From: Candidatus Woesearchaeota archaeon
Lineage (GTDB): Archaea; Nanobdellota; Nanobdellia; SCGC-AAA011-G17; GW2011-AR20
DNA: 64,000 nt
Assembly: GCA_964419925.1 (NCBI GenBank)
Contig: CAYQPR010000001.1
Coordinates: forward strand, 34,865-98,864
Direction of reading: 5' to 3'
Position 1 is the stretch's first letter; every line of letters begins with the position of its first letter. The notes below the pieces were generated by a model that saw nothing but the letters and a program-made list of their open reading frames with translations, had not been told where the DNA came from and made no database searches. Made by a program: the position numbers and the translations under genes. Below, in pieces: positions 43,217 through 51,501 of this stretch.

Positions 43217-45019
43217 TTAGTATTTGCTCTCCAGTTCTAATTTTGGATATATACATAAAGATCTTAATTCATTTAATAATAAATTAAATGCATAACTCAT
43301 TTCTACAGGTGTAATCTCTACATTCCCTCCACATTTTGTACAAAATTCTTTTCCCTTATTTATATCATGAATTGCAGTCATTCCACAACTCTCACAAACA
43401 TGGACTACAGTTTTATCTGAGTCAAATCTTTCTTTTAATAATAAGCTTGCACCATGAGCTACGAAACAGTCTTTTTCCATCTCTCCAACTCTTAATCCTC
43501 CGCCTTGTGATCTTCCTTCGATTGGTTGTCTTGTTAATAATTGGATTCTTCCTGATGCTCTTGAATGTAATTTATTTGCTACCATGTGTTTAAGCTTTAG
43601 ATAGTACATATTTCCCACATATATTTTTGCTTTAAATTGTTCTCCAGTCATACCATTATACATTATTTCGGTTCCATCTTCTCTAAATCCAAATTCAGAT
43701 AATACTTTTCTCAATTCAGTATCTGATGTTACACTGAATGTTGTAGCATCAATGTATTTTCCGGAAAGCGCTCCAACTTTTCCAGCTAGAACTTCTAGAA
43801 CATGACTTATTGTCATTCTACTTGGAATTCCATGAGGACTAAAAATAATATCTGGAACAACTCCTTTGCTTGTAAATGGCATATTTTCATATGGAACTAC
43901 CATCCCAATAACTCCCTTTTGACCATGACGTGACGCAAATTTATCCCCTATTTCAGGAATTCTTTGTTCTCTTACTTTAACTTGAACAATTTTATTTCCT
44001 TCTTCGTTTTCAGTTATAGTAACCATATCTACAATTCCGGATTGTCCATGATCTATTGAAGTTGAACTTTCTCTTCTTGTCGATGCGGTGATACTAAATT
44101 CTTCTAAACTTGATAAAAATCTTGGAGGACTTGTTTTTCCTACGATAACGTCTTCGGCATTTACACTTGCACCAGAGTAAACAACTCCATCTTTTTCTAA
44201 AAGTCTATAATCTTTTTCTGATTTGTATCCTTTAACTTCTTTATCCGGAACACAAATTTCATCAATTAAACCGCCAGCATATCTTAACTCTTCTCCCTCA
44301 TATGGACGGAAATAAGTTGAACGTGCTAAACCCCTTTGGATACTTCCTTTATTTATAATTATAGAATCCTGCATGTTATAACCTTCAAAACTCATAAATG
44401 CAATAACAACATTTTGTCCAGATGGATGTTTATCATAATTTAATAAATCATGCATGTATGTTTTGACAATTGGTTTTTGAGGATAGTGTAAAAAACTAAC
44501 GTCTGTATCATGTCTAATATGAAAATTACTTGCATATAATCCTAATGATTGTTTTTGAATTTTACTTCCCCTGATTAATCTTGATGAACCTCCATAATTT
44601 GAATATGGAATAATTGAAGTTACTAATCCTAAAATTGTTGTTGGTTCTATTTCTAGATGAGTATGTTTTTCAGTCAAATCGTTTTCATATAAAGCAACTA
44701 AAGAATCTTCTTCCTCTAAAGAATCAAGGTATTCAATTACACCTAATCTTATCAATTGATCCCATGTTATTTCATTGTTAACTAATTTATCAATATGTTC
44801 TTTTGTAAGCAAAGATTTTCCATTTTGTACAATTATTAAAGGTCTTCTAACTCGTCCTTGTCCTGTTTCAAGATATACCTCATTATACTCTCTATCATAA
44901 AAAACATTAATTGTTGTTGGGAGTTTTCCTGATCTTCTTTTCTCTCTAACTTCCTTTACAAATTCATCCGGATTCTTCGTTTTTCCAATATATTTTTCAT
45001 TTAAGTAAACATCAACCAT
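43217..45019 (-). CDS. rpoB1: DNA-directed RNA polymerase subunit B' (C-terminal portion of a split B)
   Basis: C-terminal CESCG...CTKCGG zinc ribbon and the conserved GEMEKD region. Confidence 0.92.
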   Translation of the reverse strand: MVDVYLNEKYIGKTKNPDEFVKEVREKRRSGKLPTTINVFYDREYNEVYLETGQGRVRRPLIIVQNGKSLLTKEHIDKLVNNEITWDQLIRLGVIEYLDSLEEEDSLVALYENDLTEKHTHLEIEPTTILGLVTSIIPYSNYGGSSRLIRGSKIQKQSLGLYASNFHIRHDTDVSFLHYPQKPIVKTYMHDLLNYDKHPSGQNVVIAFMSFEGYNMQDSIIINKGSIQRGLARSTYFRPYEGEELRYAGGLIDEICVPDKEVKGYKSEKDYRLLEKDGVVYSGASVNAEDVIVGKTSPPRFLSSLEEFSITASTRRESSTSIDHGQSGIVDMVTITENEEGNKIVQVKVREQRIPEIGDKFASRHGQKGVIGMVVPYENMPFTSKGVVPDIIFSPHGIPSRMTISHVLEVLAGKVGALSGKYIDATTFSVTSDTELRKVLSEFGFREDGTEIMYNGMTGEQFKAKIYVGNMYYLKLKHMVANKLHSRASGRIQLLTRQPIEGRSQGGGLRVGEMEKDCFVAHGASLLLKERFDSDKTVVHVCESCGMTAIHDINKGKEFCTKCGGNVEITPVEMSYAFNLLLNELRSLCIYPKLELESKY

Positions 45020-46496
45020 TTTCGATTCCTAAAGGTTCTAATAATTTTTTTATTTTATCATCAGACATTTCTTCTTGTGAAATCTTAGCTAACATTGCTA
45101 AATTTTTTCTTAATCCAATTGGAGTTCCTTCTGGTGTCTCAATTGGACATAATCTTCCCCAGTGTGTTGGGTGCAGTGATCTCGCCTCAAAATTTTCTTG
45201 TGAGGTGGATAATAATGAAACAACTCTTTGAAGATGAGAGGTTGTTGCAAGGAAATTTGTTCTATCAATATTTTGACTTACTCCTTTTCTTCCGCCTACC
45301 CATGATCCTGTTGCCATCGCGCTTTTTATTCTTGAAGTTAATAATTGATCTCTAATAATAATTCTTGTACTTTGGAATTTTCCTCTCTTAACCAATCTTT
45401 GAAAATTATATAATACATCTTGTACTAATGCTCTTAAATTTACTCTGAATAAATCTGCTAATAAATCTCCGCTTAATTTTAATCTTTTATTCATGTAATG
45501 ATCTTTTTCTAAAACTGGAAGACCATCTCGGGCTACCATTAAGAACTTTTTAATATATTTACACAAATTATAAGCTTTTGACATTCTATCTTGAGGTGTA
45601 ATTCCTAAATGAGGAAGCAAGTATTTATCTATTAAATCAGTTATTTCTTCAGTTTGATCTTCTCTTACTTGACTCAATCCTATTTTTTTTGATAAAAATT
45701 CTAAAGCCTGATTTTGTGTTTTCAAATCAATTGTTTCATATAAATTAATAAAAACATCATCATATTGTTTGTCTTCAGAAATATTATTTGCAATATCTTG
45801 GTCTTTTACAATTCCAAGTGCTTTTATTAATGAAATTATTGGAACCCTTTTAAATCGTGTAAATGTTAAATAAATAACTCCATCTTTCATCTGCTCAATT
45901 AAATGAGGAATTCTATATGCTGCTCTTTCAGAATAAATTTGTCCTGTAAATTTGCTTGGACCTGTTGAATTTTTTTCAATGAATAATCTATTTGTAACTA
46001 AATCCTCAACCATTATAAGAACACGCTCGTTTCCGTTTAATATAAAATATCCTCCCAAGTCTTCAGGATCTTCATTTTTTGAAATTAAACTTTCTTTGCT
46101 TAAACCATTTAGATGACAGTATTTTGATTTTAACATTACTGGAACTTTTCCAATAAGGGCTGTAAACTGTTCTCTTTCAACGCCGTCTATATATGCTGAA
46201 ATGTTTAAATAAACTGGAGCAGAATAAGTTAATTTTCTTAACCTTGCTTCCATTGGATAAATATCTCTCTTGCTTCCGTCGGCTTCAACTAATATTGGTT
46301 TTTCTAAAGTTATTTTTCCTAATTTTATTTTAAAATCTTTTACTTCTGATGGAATTATTGTTGGAATTATTTCTTGTGTTTCATTAATTATTTCTTGTAT
46401 TCCTTTATCCATAAAATTATTGAAACTTTCAATATTACTCTCGACTATAGAGTGCTTGTTAAAATAATCCTTAATTAGACTTCTTGAGTTGTTCAT
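45012..46496 (-). CDS. rpoB2: DNA-directed RNA polymerase subunit B'' (N-terminal portion of a split B)
   Basis: RpoB N-terminal lobe/protrusion sequence. 8-nt overlap with rpoB1. Confidence 0.92.
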   Translation of the reverse strand: MNNSRSLIKDYFNKHSIVESNIESFNNFMDKGIQEIINETQEIIPTIIPSEVKDFKIKLGKITLEKPILVEADGSKRDIYPMEARLRKLTYSAPVYLNISAYIDGVEREQFTALIGKVPVMLKSKYCHLNGLSKESLISKNEDPEDLGGYFILNGNERVLIMVEDLVTNRLFIEKNSTGPSKFTGQIYSERAAYRIPHLIEQMKDGVIYLTFTRFKRVPIISLIKALGIVKDQDIANNISEDKQYDDVFINLYETIDLKTQNQALEFLSKKIGLSQVREDQTEEITDLIDKYLLPHLGITPQDRMSKAYNLCKYIKKFLMVARDGLPVLEKDHYMNKRLKLSGDLLADLFRVNLRALVQDVLYNFQRLVKRGKFQSTRIIIRDQLLTSRIKSAMATGSWVGGRKGVSQNIDRTNFLATTSHLQRVVSLLSTSQENFEARSLHPTHWGRLCPIETPEGTPIGLRKNLAMLAKISQEEMSDDKIKKLLEPLGIENG

Positions 46497-46765
46497 ATTA
46501 CCATCCTGTAGAACTCAGATTCCCCGATAGTTGGACTTTTTCTAATTATTTTTATTATGTCACCTTTTTTTACATCTAAATTTATAACCGCTGGATCTTC
46601 TTTTAGAATTCTTGGAAGCTGTTTTTTTGATACGTTTAATTTTTTTACCAATTCGTCAGCCTCCTCTTCACTCAATTTTATGTGCTTAGGTACAAAGTTA
46701 TGTTTCTCAACGTTGATTTCTTGTTCCATTTTTTTTGGTATGAACGGGCCGGATGGGACTTTCAC
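46493..46765 (-). CDS. rpoH: RNA polymerase subunit H (Rpb5-like)
   Basis: HNFVPKH..LSEEEADEL..PAV..KGDIIKIIRKSPTIGESEFYRMVI. The true start is probably the internal Met at ~46729, because the first ~13 codons overlap the tRNA-Lys gene. Confidence 0.8.
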   Translation of the reverse strand: MKVPSGPFIPKKMEQEINVEKHNFVPKHIKLSEEEADELVKKLNVSKKQLPRILKEDPAVINLDVKKGDIIKIIRKSPTIGESEFYRMVI

Positions 46766-46841
46766 ATCGTTTTGAACCCACGACCACCTGCTTTCTTCTT
46801 TGCTTAAAAGGCAGGTGCTCTACCAAGCTGAGCTACCGGCC
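46744..46841 (-). tRNA. tRNA-Lys (anticodon UUU) carrying two ~12-nt insertions (putative introns) in the anticodon loop and T-loop
   Basis: Hand fold: GGGCCGG-TA-GCTC-AGCTTGGTA-GAGC-A-CCTGC-[CTTTTAA+GCAAAGAAGAAA]-GCAGG-TGGTC-GTGGG-[TTCAAA+ACGATGTGAAAG+T]-CCCAT-CCGGCCC-G. Removing the two inserts gives a canonical 74-nt tRNA. Confidence 0.55.
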
Positions 46842-47057
46842 CATCATCGTCGATATTTTTGAACAATCTTGCTATTTTTTAGTTTTAGCTGAAGTTATTT
46901 ATAGTTCTTACGGGCATAAATTTGTATCTGAAAACGTTTTTTGAACTTTTAGTCATTTTTTAGAAAGATTGTCCTTTTATCGATGATTTTTTTGCATTTT
47001 ATTGGTTTATAAAACTTTCTCTTCTTTTGATGTGCAAACAGGTTATATATAAAGGTT

Positions 47058-47090
47058 ACGGGCAAGTTGTATTGTTGCGTTAAAGGGATC
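47058..47090. repeat. copy A of a 27-33-bp repeat (acgggcaagttgtattgttgcgttaaagggatc)
   Basis: Identical 27-mer recurs at 51061-51087. Positions 47069-47090 recur reverse-complemented at 51039-51060. Confidence 0.6.
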
Positions 47091-47240
47091 TATTTATATA
47101 TCAAACATAATTTTTAATTTATATGGGTAGTGGAAAACGAAAATATAACCATCGAGTAAAATATATTCCAAAAGAGAAAAAATTAACTATGCCTAAAAAA
47201 GAAAATAAAGATCCACCAAATAAAGAAGATGTTGAAAAAC

Positions 47241-48113
47241 TTATAGCTTTGTTTGGAAAAAAGTAGGTTTATAGTTTGTTACAACAATCTCGTTAATTTT
47301 GCCTCTATCATTCCCATTACTATTAATCATCCTATTTGCCCTAACAATTTCAATATTATGCTCATTATACAAATTTTTAATAAATTCAGTGTCGCTATTG
47401 CTTAACATAACATTACAACCTTTTTTATGTAACTTCTTAAAGACTTGTGCTAATTGCTTTTGTTCATCTTCTAGAAAGTTATCCTTTGTATATGTAGTAA
47501 AGCTTTCTTTCTTTAAAGGCATATAAGGTGGATCAAAATAAATAAAATCTTTCTTTTTAGCATATTCTAAAACTTTTTCAAAAGACATATTTTTAATTTC
47601 AACATTCTTTAATAATTGAGATAATCGTCTTAACTCTGTTTCATTATATATCGATGGATTAACATAACTACCAATAGGGACATTAAAACCACCCTTTGAA
47701 TTAACACGATATAAACCATTAAAACAAGTCTTATTTAGATAAATAGTTCTTGACGCTCTTTCTATTTTATTTAATTCTTTAGGATTTAAATCTCTTATTT
47801 TATAGTAATATTCTGTATTATGTGCTTGTTTATGTTCCTTTAAGCTTAAAATTAATTCCTCAACATTATTTTTAATAACCTCATAACAATTCATTAACTC
47901 CTCATTTGTATCAGAAATTAAAACTTTCTTGGGATTATAAGTTTGTAATATATAAAACAAGACAGCTCCACCACCAACAAATGGTTCATAATAATTTTCT
48001 ATTTTTCTAGGAAAGAATTTTTGAAACTGTTTCAATAATTGCTTTTTACCACCAGCCCATTTTACAATAGTAGGAATTTCTACCCTTACCATATTTTTAT
48101 TAATAATTTTCAT
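47241..48113 (-). CDS. dam: Dam-type N6-adenine DNA methyltransferase (D12 class)
   Basis: Motif I VKWAGGKKQLL...EPFVGGGAV and motif IV IYFDPPYMP. No adjacent restriction endonuclease was recognised. Confidence 0.8.
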   Translation of the reverse strand: MKIINKNMVRVEIPTIVKWAGGKKQLLKQFQKFFPRKIENYYEPFVGGGAVLFYILQTYNPKKVLISDTNEELMNCYEVIKNNVEELILSLKEHKQAHNTEYYYKIRDLNPKELNKIERASRTIYLNKTCFNGLYRVNSKGGFNVPIGSYVNPSIYNETELRRLSQLLKNVEIKNMSFEKVLEYAKKKDFIYFDPPYMPLKKESFTTYTKDNFLEDEQKQLAQVFKKLHKKGCNVMLSNSDTEFIKNLYNEHNIEIVRANRMINSNGNDRGKINEIVVTNYKPTFFQTKL

Positions 48114-49090
48114 TTTTTTAAACCTTTTGATAATAAGATTAATTCAAGCCATCTATTATTATCTTCTAATTTTAATGTAGGAATTGCCAATTCATAAGGG
48201 CATTTATTTATTGCTTGATGAACCCTAATAAAATTATAATAAATTTCCCAACCTTTCATTATGCTTTGGGCAGAATACAAAGAGCCGTGAAATCCACGAA
48301 ATACTTTTGTTCTTGCTCTTACGTTGTTGTGCAATCTCTCTATTTTATGATTAAAACCTCTTTCATCAGCGATTACAATATTGTGAACTATTTTTGTTTT
48401 AGCTTCTCTTTTATGTAATCCAAAAGATTTGTTTAATGCTTTTCTATAAGCTTGTAAACCATCTGTTGTAACTACATTAACTTGTTCGCCTGTCTTTTGT
48501 TTTGCTACTTTTAAAACATTAGCCATATTCTCAATAGTTCTACTTTGTAAATAATCTGAAGCTACAATAAACCTTGTTTTTGTATCCATAACATCTACAA
48601 ACCAATTCTGTTCTACACCTAATTTTGCTTTATGACTTTTACGTCTTCTATATTCTACCTCATCACTCATTAACTCTTTACCAGCCTGAACATTTAATTT
48701 ATTTGTATAATCATTAATTAGATTAGAATATTTAACAACCCACCTATAAATTGTTGAGTTATTAGAATTGTGAGGATAAAAAGCTTGTAAATGTTTTTGT
48801 ATACTTCTTGTTGAAATACCTCTAAAAAATAGATCAAGACATAAAGTAATTTTGTTTTTTGAATTTTTCATTCGGCAGAATCCATCATCTAAAATGAAAT
48901 TCTTTCTGCAATTCTTACAGAAATATCTTTGTATATTACCTCTATTCTTGGTATACCTTAATCCTCTCTTCTTAGTATTTCGAGAATTACAATAAATACA
49001 GGAAACATTTTTATACTTGTTTTGATTATCCTTTGTAGGATCGATTTGTTCTTGACGGGACATTTTGATTCCTGTGGGCTTCACGCCCAC
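48110..49090 (-). CDS. IS6-family DDE transposase with an N-terminal zinc finger
   Basis: N-terminal CIYC..CKNC finger, and a C-terminal region (GFNHKIERLHNNVRARTKVFRGFHGSLYSAQSIMKGWEIYYNFIRVHQAI) that closely resembles the IS6/IS26/ISH14 transposase core. Confidence 0.75.
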   Translation of the reverse strand: MGVKPTGIKMSRQEQIDPTKDNQNKYKNVSCIYCNSRNTKKRGLRYTKNRGNIQRYFCKNCRKNFILDDGFCRMKNSKNKITLCLDLFFRGISTRSIQKHLQAFYPHNSNNSTIYRWVVKYSNLINDYTNKLNVQAGKELMSDEVEYRRRKSHKAKLGVEQNWFVDVMDTKTRFIVASDYLQSRTIENMANVLKVAKQKTGEQVNVVTTDGLQAYRKALNKSFGLHKREAKTKIVHNIVIADERGFNHKIERLHNNVRARTKVFRGFHGSLYSAQSIMKGWEIYYNFIRVHQAINKCPYELAIPTLKLEDNNRWLELILLSKGLKK

Positions 49091-49121
49091 TATTTATTTT
49101 TATTATTATTTTGAAAAGGTT
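48121..49121 (-). mobile_element. IS6-like insertion sequence (boundaries tentative)
   Basis: Imperfect 10-11-bp inverted termini, AACCTTTTGA at 48121-48130 and TTGAAAAGGTT at 49111-49121. ~1.0 kb fits the IS6 family. Boundaries are not firmly established. Confidence 0.35.
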
Positions 49122-49369
49122 GTTTCTATTGTTCCAGTATGCTTTATGTTATCTGTTCTTATCATTCCACAATTACCACATCTTTGAATAACTTTAATTT
49201 TGAAATTATCTGTTTCTTTAGTTACCAATTCAAATTTATGATTACAACTTTTAGCATTCTTTACTATTTCTTTAACTGCACTTTCTTTAGTTAATAATCT
49301 CTTCTTTATTTTAAATATTTCTACAATTTCGTTCTCTTCTTCACTTAAATCTATTTGTAATTGAACCAT
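49106..49369 (-). CDS. small C4 zinc-ribbon protein
   Basis: CNHKF...CGNCGM. Directly upstream of, and co-oriented with, the transposase. Confidence 0.3.
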   Translation of the reverse strand: MVQLQIDLSEEENEIVEIFKIKKRLLTKESAVKEIVKNAKSCNHKFELVTKETDNFKIKVIQRCGNCGMIRTDNIKHTGTIETTFSK

Positions 49370-49549
49370 ATATTATCACAATATATTGCAATATACACTA
49401 GTATATAAAGATTGTGGTAACTCATAATATATACCGTATAATAGGTGTATTAATATAATGTTGAAGAAAACAATCTTTGACTCAGAAATTTAGGTTTTAA
49501 TCAAACAAAACATTTATAAATACATATTATTAATAGAATTGATATTAAA

Positions 49550-49963
49550 ATGGTAAAAACCAAAATTAAAACAAAGTGGGGAAGCATAATTACAATAGAT
49601 GGATTACCAGAAGAAGTAAATGAAGTTTTAAGTCATTTTCAGCGACGAGAAATTTTTTTAAATGAAAGAATGAGTAGGGGGGCGGTTGTGCCATCTTATT
49701 CTTTACACGGACAAACTTTACTAAAAAATATCAGTCCGAAGATAGAAGTTGAAAAATTAATTGAAGAAAAATTTTTGGATGAATCTCGAACACTTCAAGA
49801 AATTAGAAATAAAATTTATTCTAAAACAGGGGGAATGATTCCAAATTCATCTTTACACCCAACATTAATGTATTTGATCAATAAAGATAAATTAATCAGA
49901 GAAAGATTAGAAAGCGGTTTATGGGGATACAAAAGATTAGAAAATAAAAATGTGGGCGAGTAG
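49550..49963 (+). CDS. hypothetical protein
   Basis: 137-aa ORF ending 9 nt before a tRNA-like gene. Confidence 0.3.
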   Translation: MVKTKIKTKWGSIITIDGLPEEVNEVLSHFQRREIFLNERMSRGAVVPSYSLHGQTLLKNISPKIEVEKLIEEKFLDESRTLQEIRNKIYSKTGGMIPNSSLHPTLMYLINKDKLIRERLESGLWGYKRLENKNVGE

Positions 49964-50028
49964 TTTAGCATGGATAGAATGTGACCCTGCTAAGGTTAAG
50001 ATCGGGGGTTCAAATCCCCTCTCGCCCG
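49954..50028 (+). tRNA. tRNA-like gene, class-I cloverleaf with apparent anticodon GCU (isotype uncertain)
   Basis: Hand fold: GGGCGAG-TA-GTTT-AGCATGGATA-GAAT-G-TGACC-CTGCTAA-GGTTA-AGATC-GGGGG-TTCAAAT-CCCCT-CTCGCCC-G. A short variable arm is atypical for a Ser(GCU) tRNA. Confidence 0.5.
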
Positions 50029-50189
50029 AATTTATTTCACTTATGTGACCAAGTGAATGTGTTGTTATTTTTAAGTTAATAAAGGTATTTAAATCTTTTC
50101 TATTTAAATCAAAATAAGAATCATCATAAAAAATACCAACATCCCCTCTTTTAAACATATCATTTATAATCATAGGTAGTATATAAATT

Positions 50190-50366
50190 TTATTCATTTT
50201 TCTTTTTTAGTTTTTTTAATCCAACCCTTAAGAAAGCATTCTCGTCGAGTTCTAAATATTCGGCTTCATCTTTCGGTATCCATATTACAAAACTATTCCG
50301 AGATAATACAACCTTTTTTATGAAAACAGAATCAAATTCAGCCGTTACATTCTCTCTATCTTGCAT
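50190..50366 (-). CDS. small AbrB/MazE-like swapped-hairpin protein (possible antitoxin remnant)
   Basis: 58-aa ORF MQDRENVTAEFDSVFIKKVVLSRNSFVIWIPKDEAEYLELDENAFLRV... in a region with no annotated ORF. Confidence 0.25.
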   Translation of the reverse strand: MQDRENVTAEFDSVFIKKVVLSRNSFVIWIPKDEAEYLELDENAFLRVGLKKLKKKNE

Positions 50367-50452
50367 AGTATTGCTATGTATAGCATAGTATTTAAATCTT
50401 TCGTTGTTTTATTTTCTATGTAAGTAAACTTACAAACGACAAAATAATTTCT

Positions 50453-51001
50453 TTATCCACCAATCTGCGTTGCTTTGCTTACAATAACAAAAATTTCTTT
50501 TTCCTGAATCATTGCATCAATTAATTCTTTAAAAACGTATGCTGGTTTATCTGGTGGCATATTCTTTTCCATTTTAATCATTAGTTCTATTAAATGCCCA
50601 ATAAACTCTACTTTATATTCTCCGTATTTGTTAAGTTCTTCGAATGGTTTTAATTTTTCTTGAGTCGTTTCTTTCAATACAAAATTAGCTCTATTTTCTT
50701 TACTTTTGAATGCATCAACTTTATCATACATCTCTCTTAAATATTTCATAAATTTTATGGTTAATTCTGGGCTGTGCTGTTTTTTAATTAATAAATCAAT
50801 AACCCAATGAATATGTTTAGGAGTTCTAACCAATTTTCCTTTTTCTTTATATTTTATTATAATGTCGTGATCTTTAATAAATCCTCGATTACCCTCAAAA
50901 ACACCTATAATTGTTCCATCACTTAAAGGAATCTCTTTTATAGAATATTTTCTCGCTGGTTTCGTTGTTTCTCCTTTTTTCTTTCTAGGTTGAAATTCCA
51001 T
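50453..51001 (-). CDS. hypothetical protein
   Basis: 182-aa ORF, basic N-terminus. Confidence 0.3.
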   Translation of the reverse strand: MEFQPRKKKGETTKPARKYSIKEIPLSDGTIIGVFEGNRGFIKDHDIIIKYKEKGKLVRTPKHIHWVIDLLIKKQHSPELTIKFMKYLREMYDKVDAFKSKENRANFVLKETTQEKLKPFEELNKYGEYKVEFIGHLIELMIKMEKNMPPDKPAYVFKELIDAMIQEKEIFVIVSKATQIGG

Positions 51002-51038
51002 GAAATCAATAGGAAAGAATACTTTTTAAGGTTTTTTA

Positions 51039-51087
51039 GATCCCTTTAACGCAACAATACACGGGCAAGTTGTATTGTTGCGTTAAA
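51039..51087. repeat. copy B of the repeat, here a complete palindrome (16-bp arms, 11-nt loop)
   Basis: gatccctttaacgcaacaatac / acgggcaagtt / gtattgttgcgttaaa. The right arm plus loop equals 47058-47084. Confidence 0.6.
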
Positions 51088-51124
51088 TCTATTATTATGT
51101 GATTTTATGTATTAATTATTTAAT

Positions 51125-51499
51125 TTAGAACTTTTGATCTCCACAAAAATACAATTTTTCACTTATTATTTTGTTATTCTTCCAATGTTGAACGTTTACC
51201 CTATAAATTACCTTTTTAATTCCTTTTTTATTTTCAATTTTTATGGCCCACTCCGTTATTGAAACATTATCATCTATACCTCCAAAGGTTACCGATTTTA
51301 TTTCAGCACTGTTTAATTTTTCTATCTCTTGTAGAAATATTATCTCTCTTTTTCTATTCGCATTTTTTCCATTTACTGGAGCATTACCATTAACTTGTAT
51401 AACTACATCATCCCCATAATATTTTTCAAAGGCCTCCATAATTTTTCCTTTTTGAATTAATTCATTCAATTTTTTTACATTATTTTTTAGTTTAATCAT
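51125..51499 (-). CDS. hypothetical protein
   Basis: 124-aa ORF. Confidence 0.3.
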   Translation of the reverse strand: MIKLKNNVKKLNELIQKGKIMEAFEKYYGDDVVIQVNGNAPVNGKNANRKREIIFLQEIEKLNSAEIKSVTFGGIDDNVSITEWAIKIENKKGIKKVIYRVNVQHWKNNKIISEKLYFCGDQKF

Positions 51500-51501
51500 T
51501 T

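Noticed and set aside
46557-46944. ORFs 46557-46775(+) and 46753-46944(+).
   Set aside because: They are antisense to rpoH and to the tRNA-Lys gene. The GC-rich stretch that makes them look protein-like is the tRNA.
47124-47246. 40-aa basic ORF (MGSGKRKYNHRVKYIPKEKK...) between the repeat copy and the Dam gene.
   Set aside because: No SD or promoter context that I can support, and no similarity to known small ribosomal proteins on inspection. Too short to call.
49937-50197. 86-aa minus-strand ORF.
   Set aside because: Its C-terminal half is the reverse complement of the tRNA-like gene at 49954-50028. At most, the N-terminal ~40 codons could be a remnant; this is mentioned under findings.
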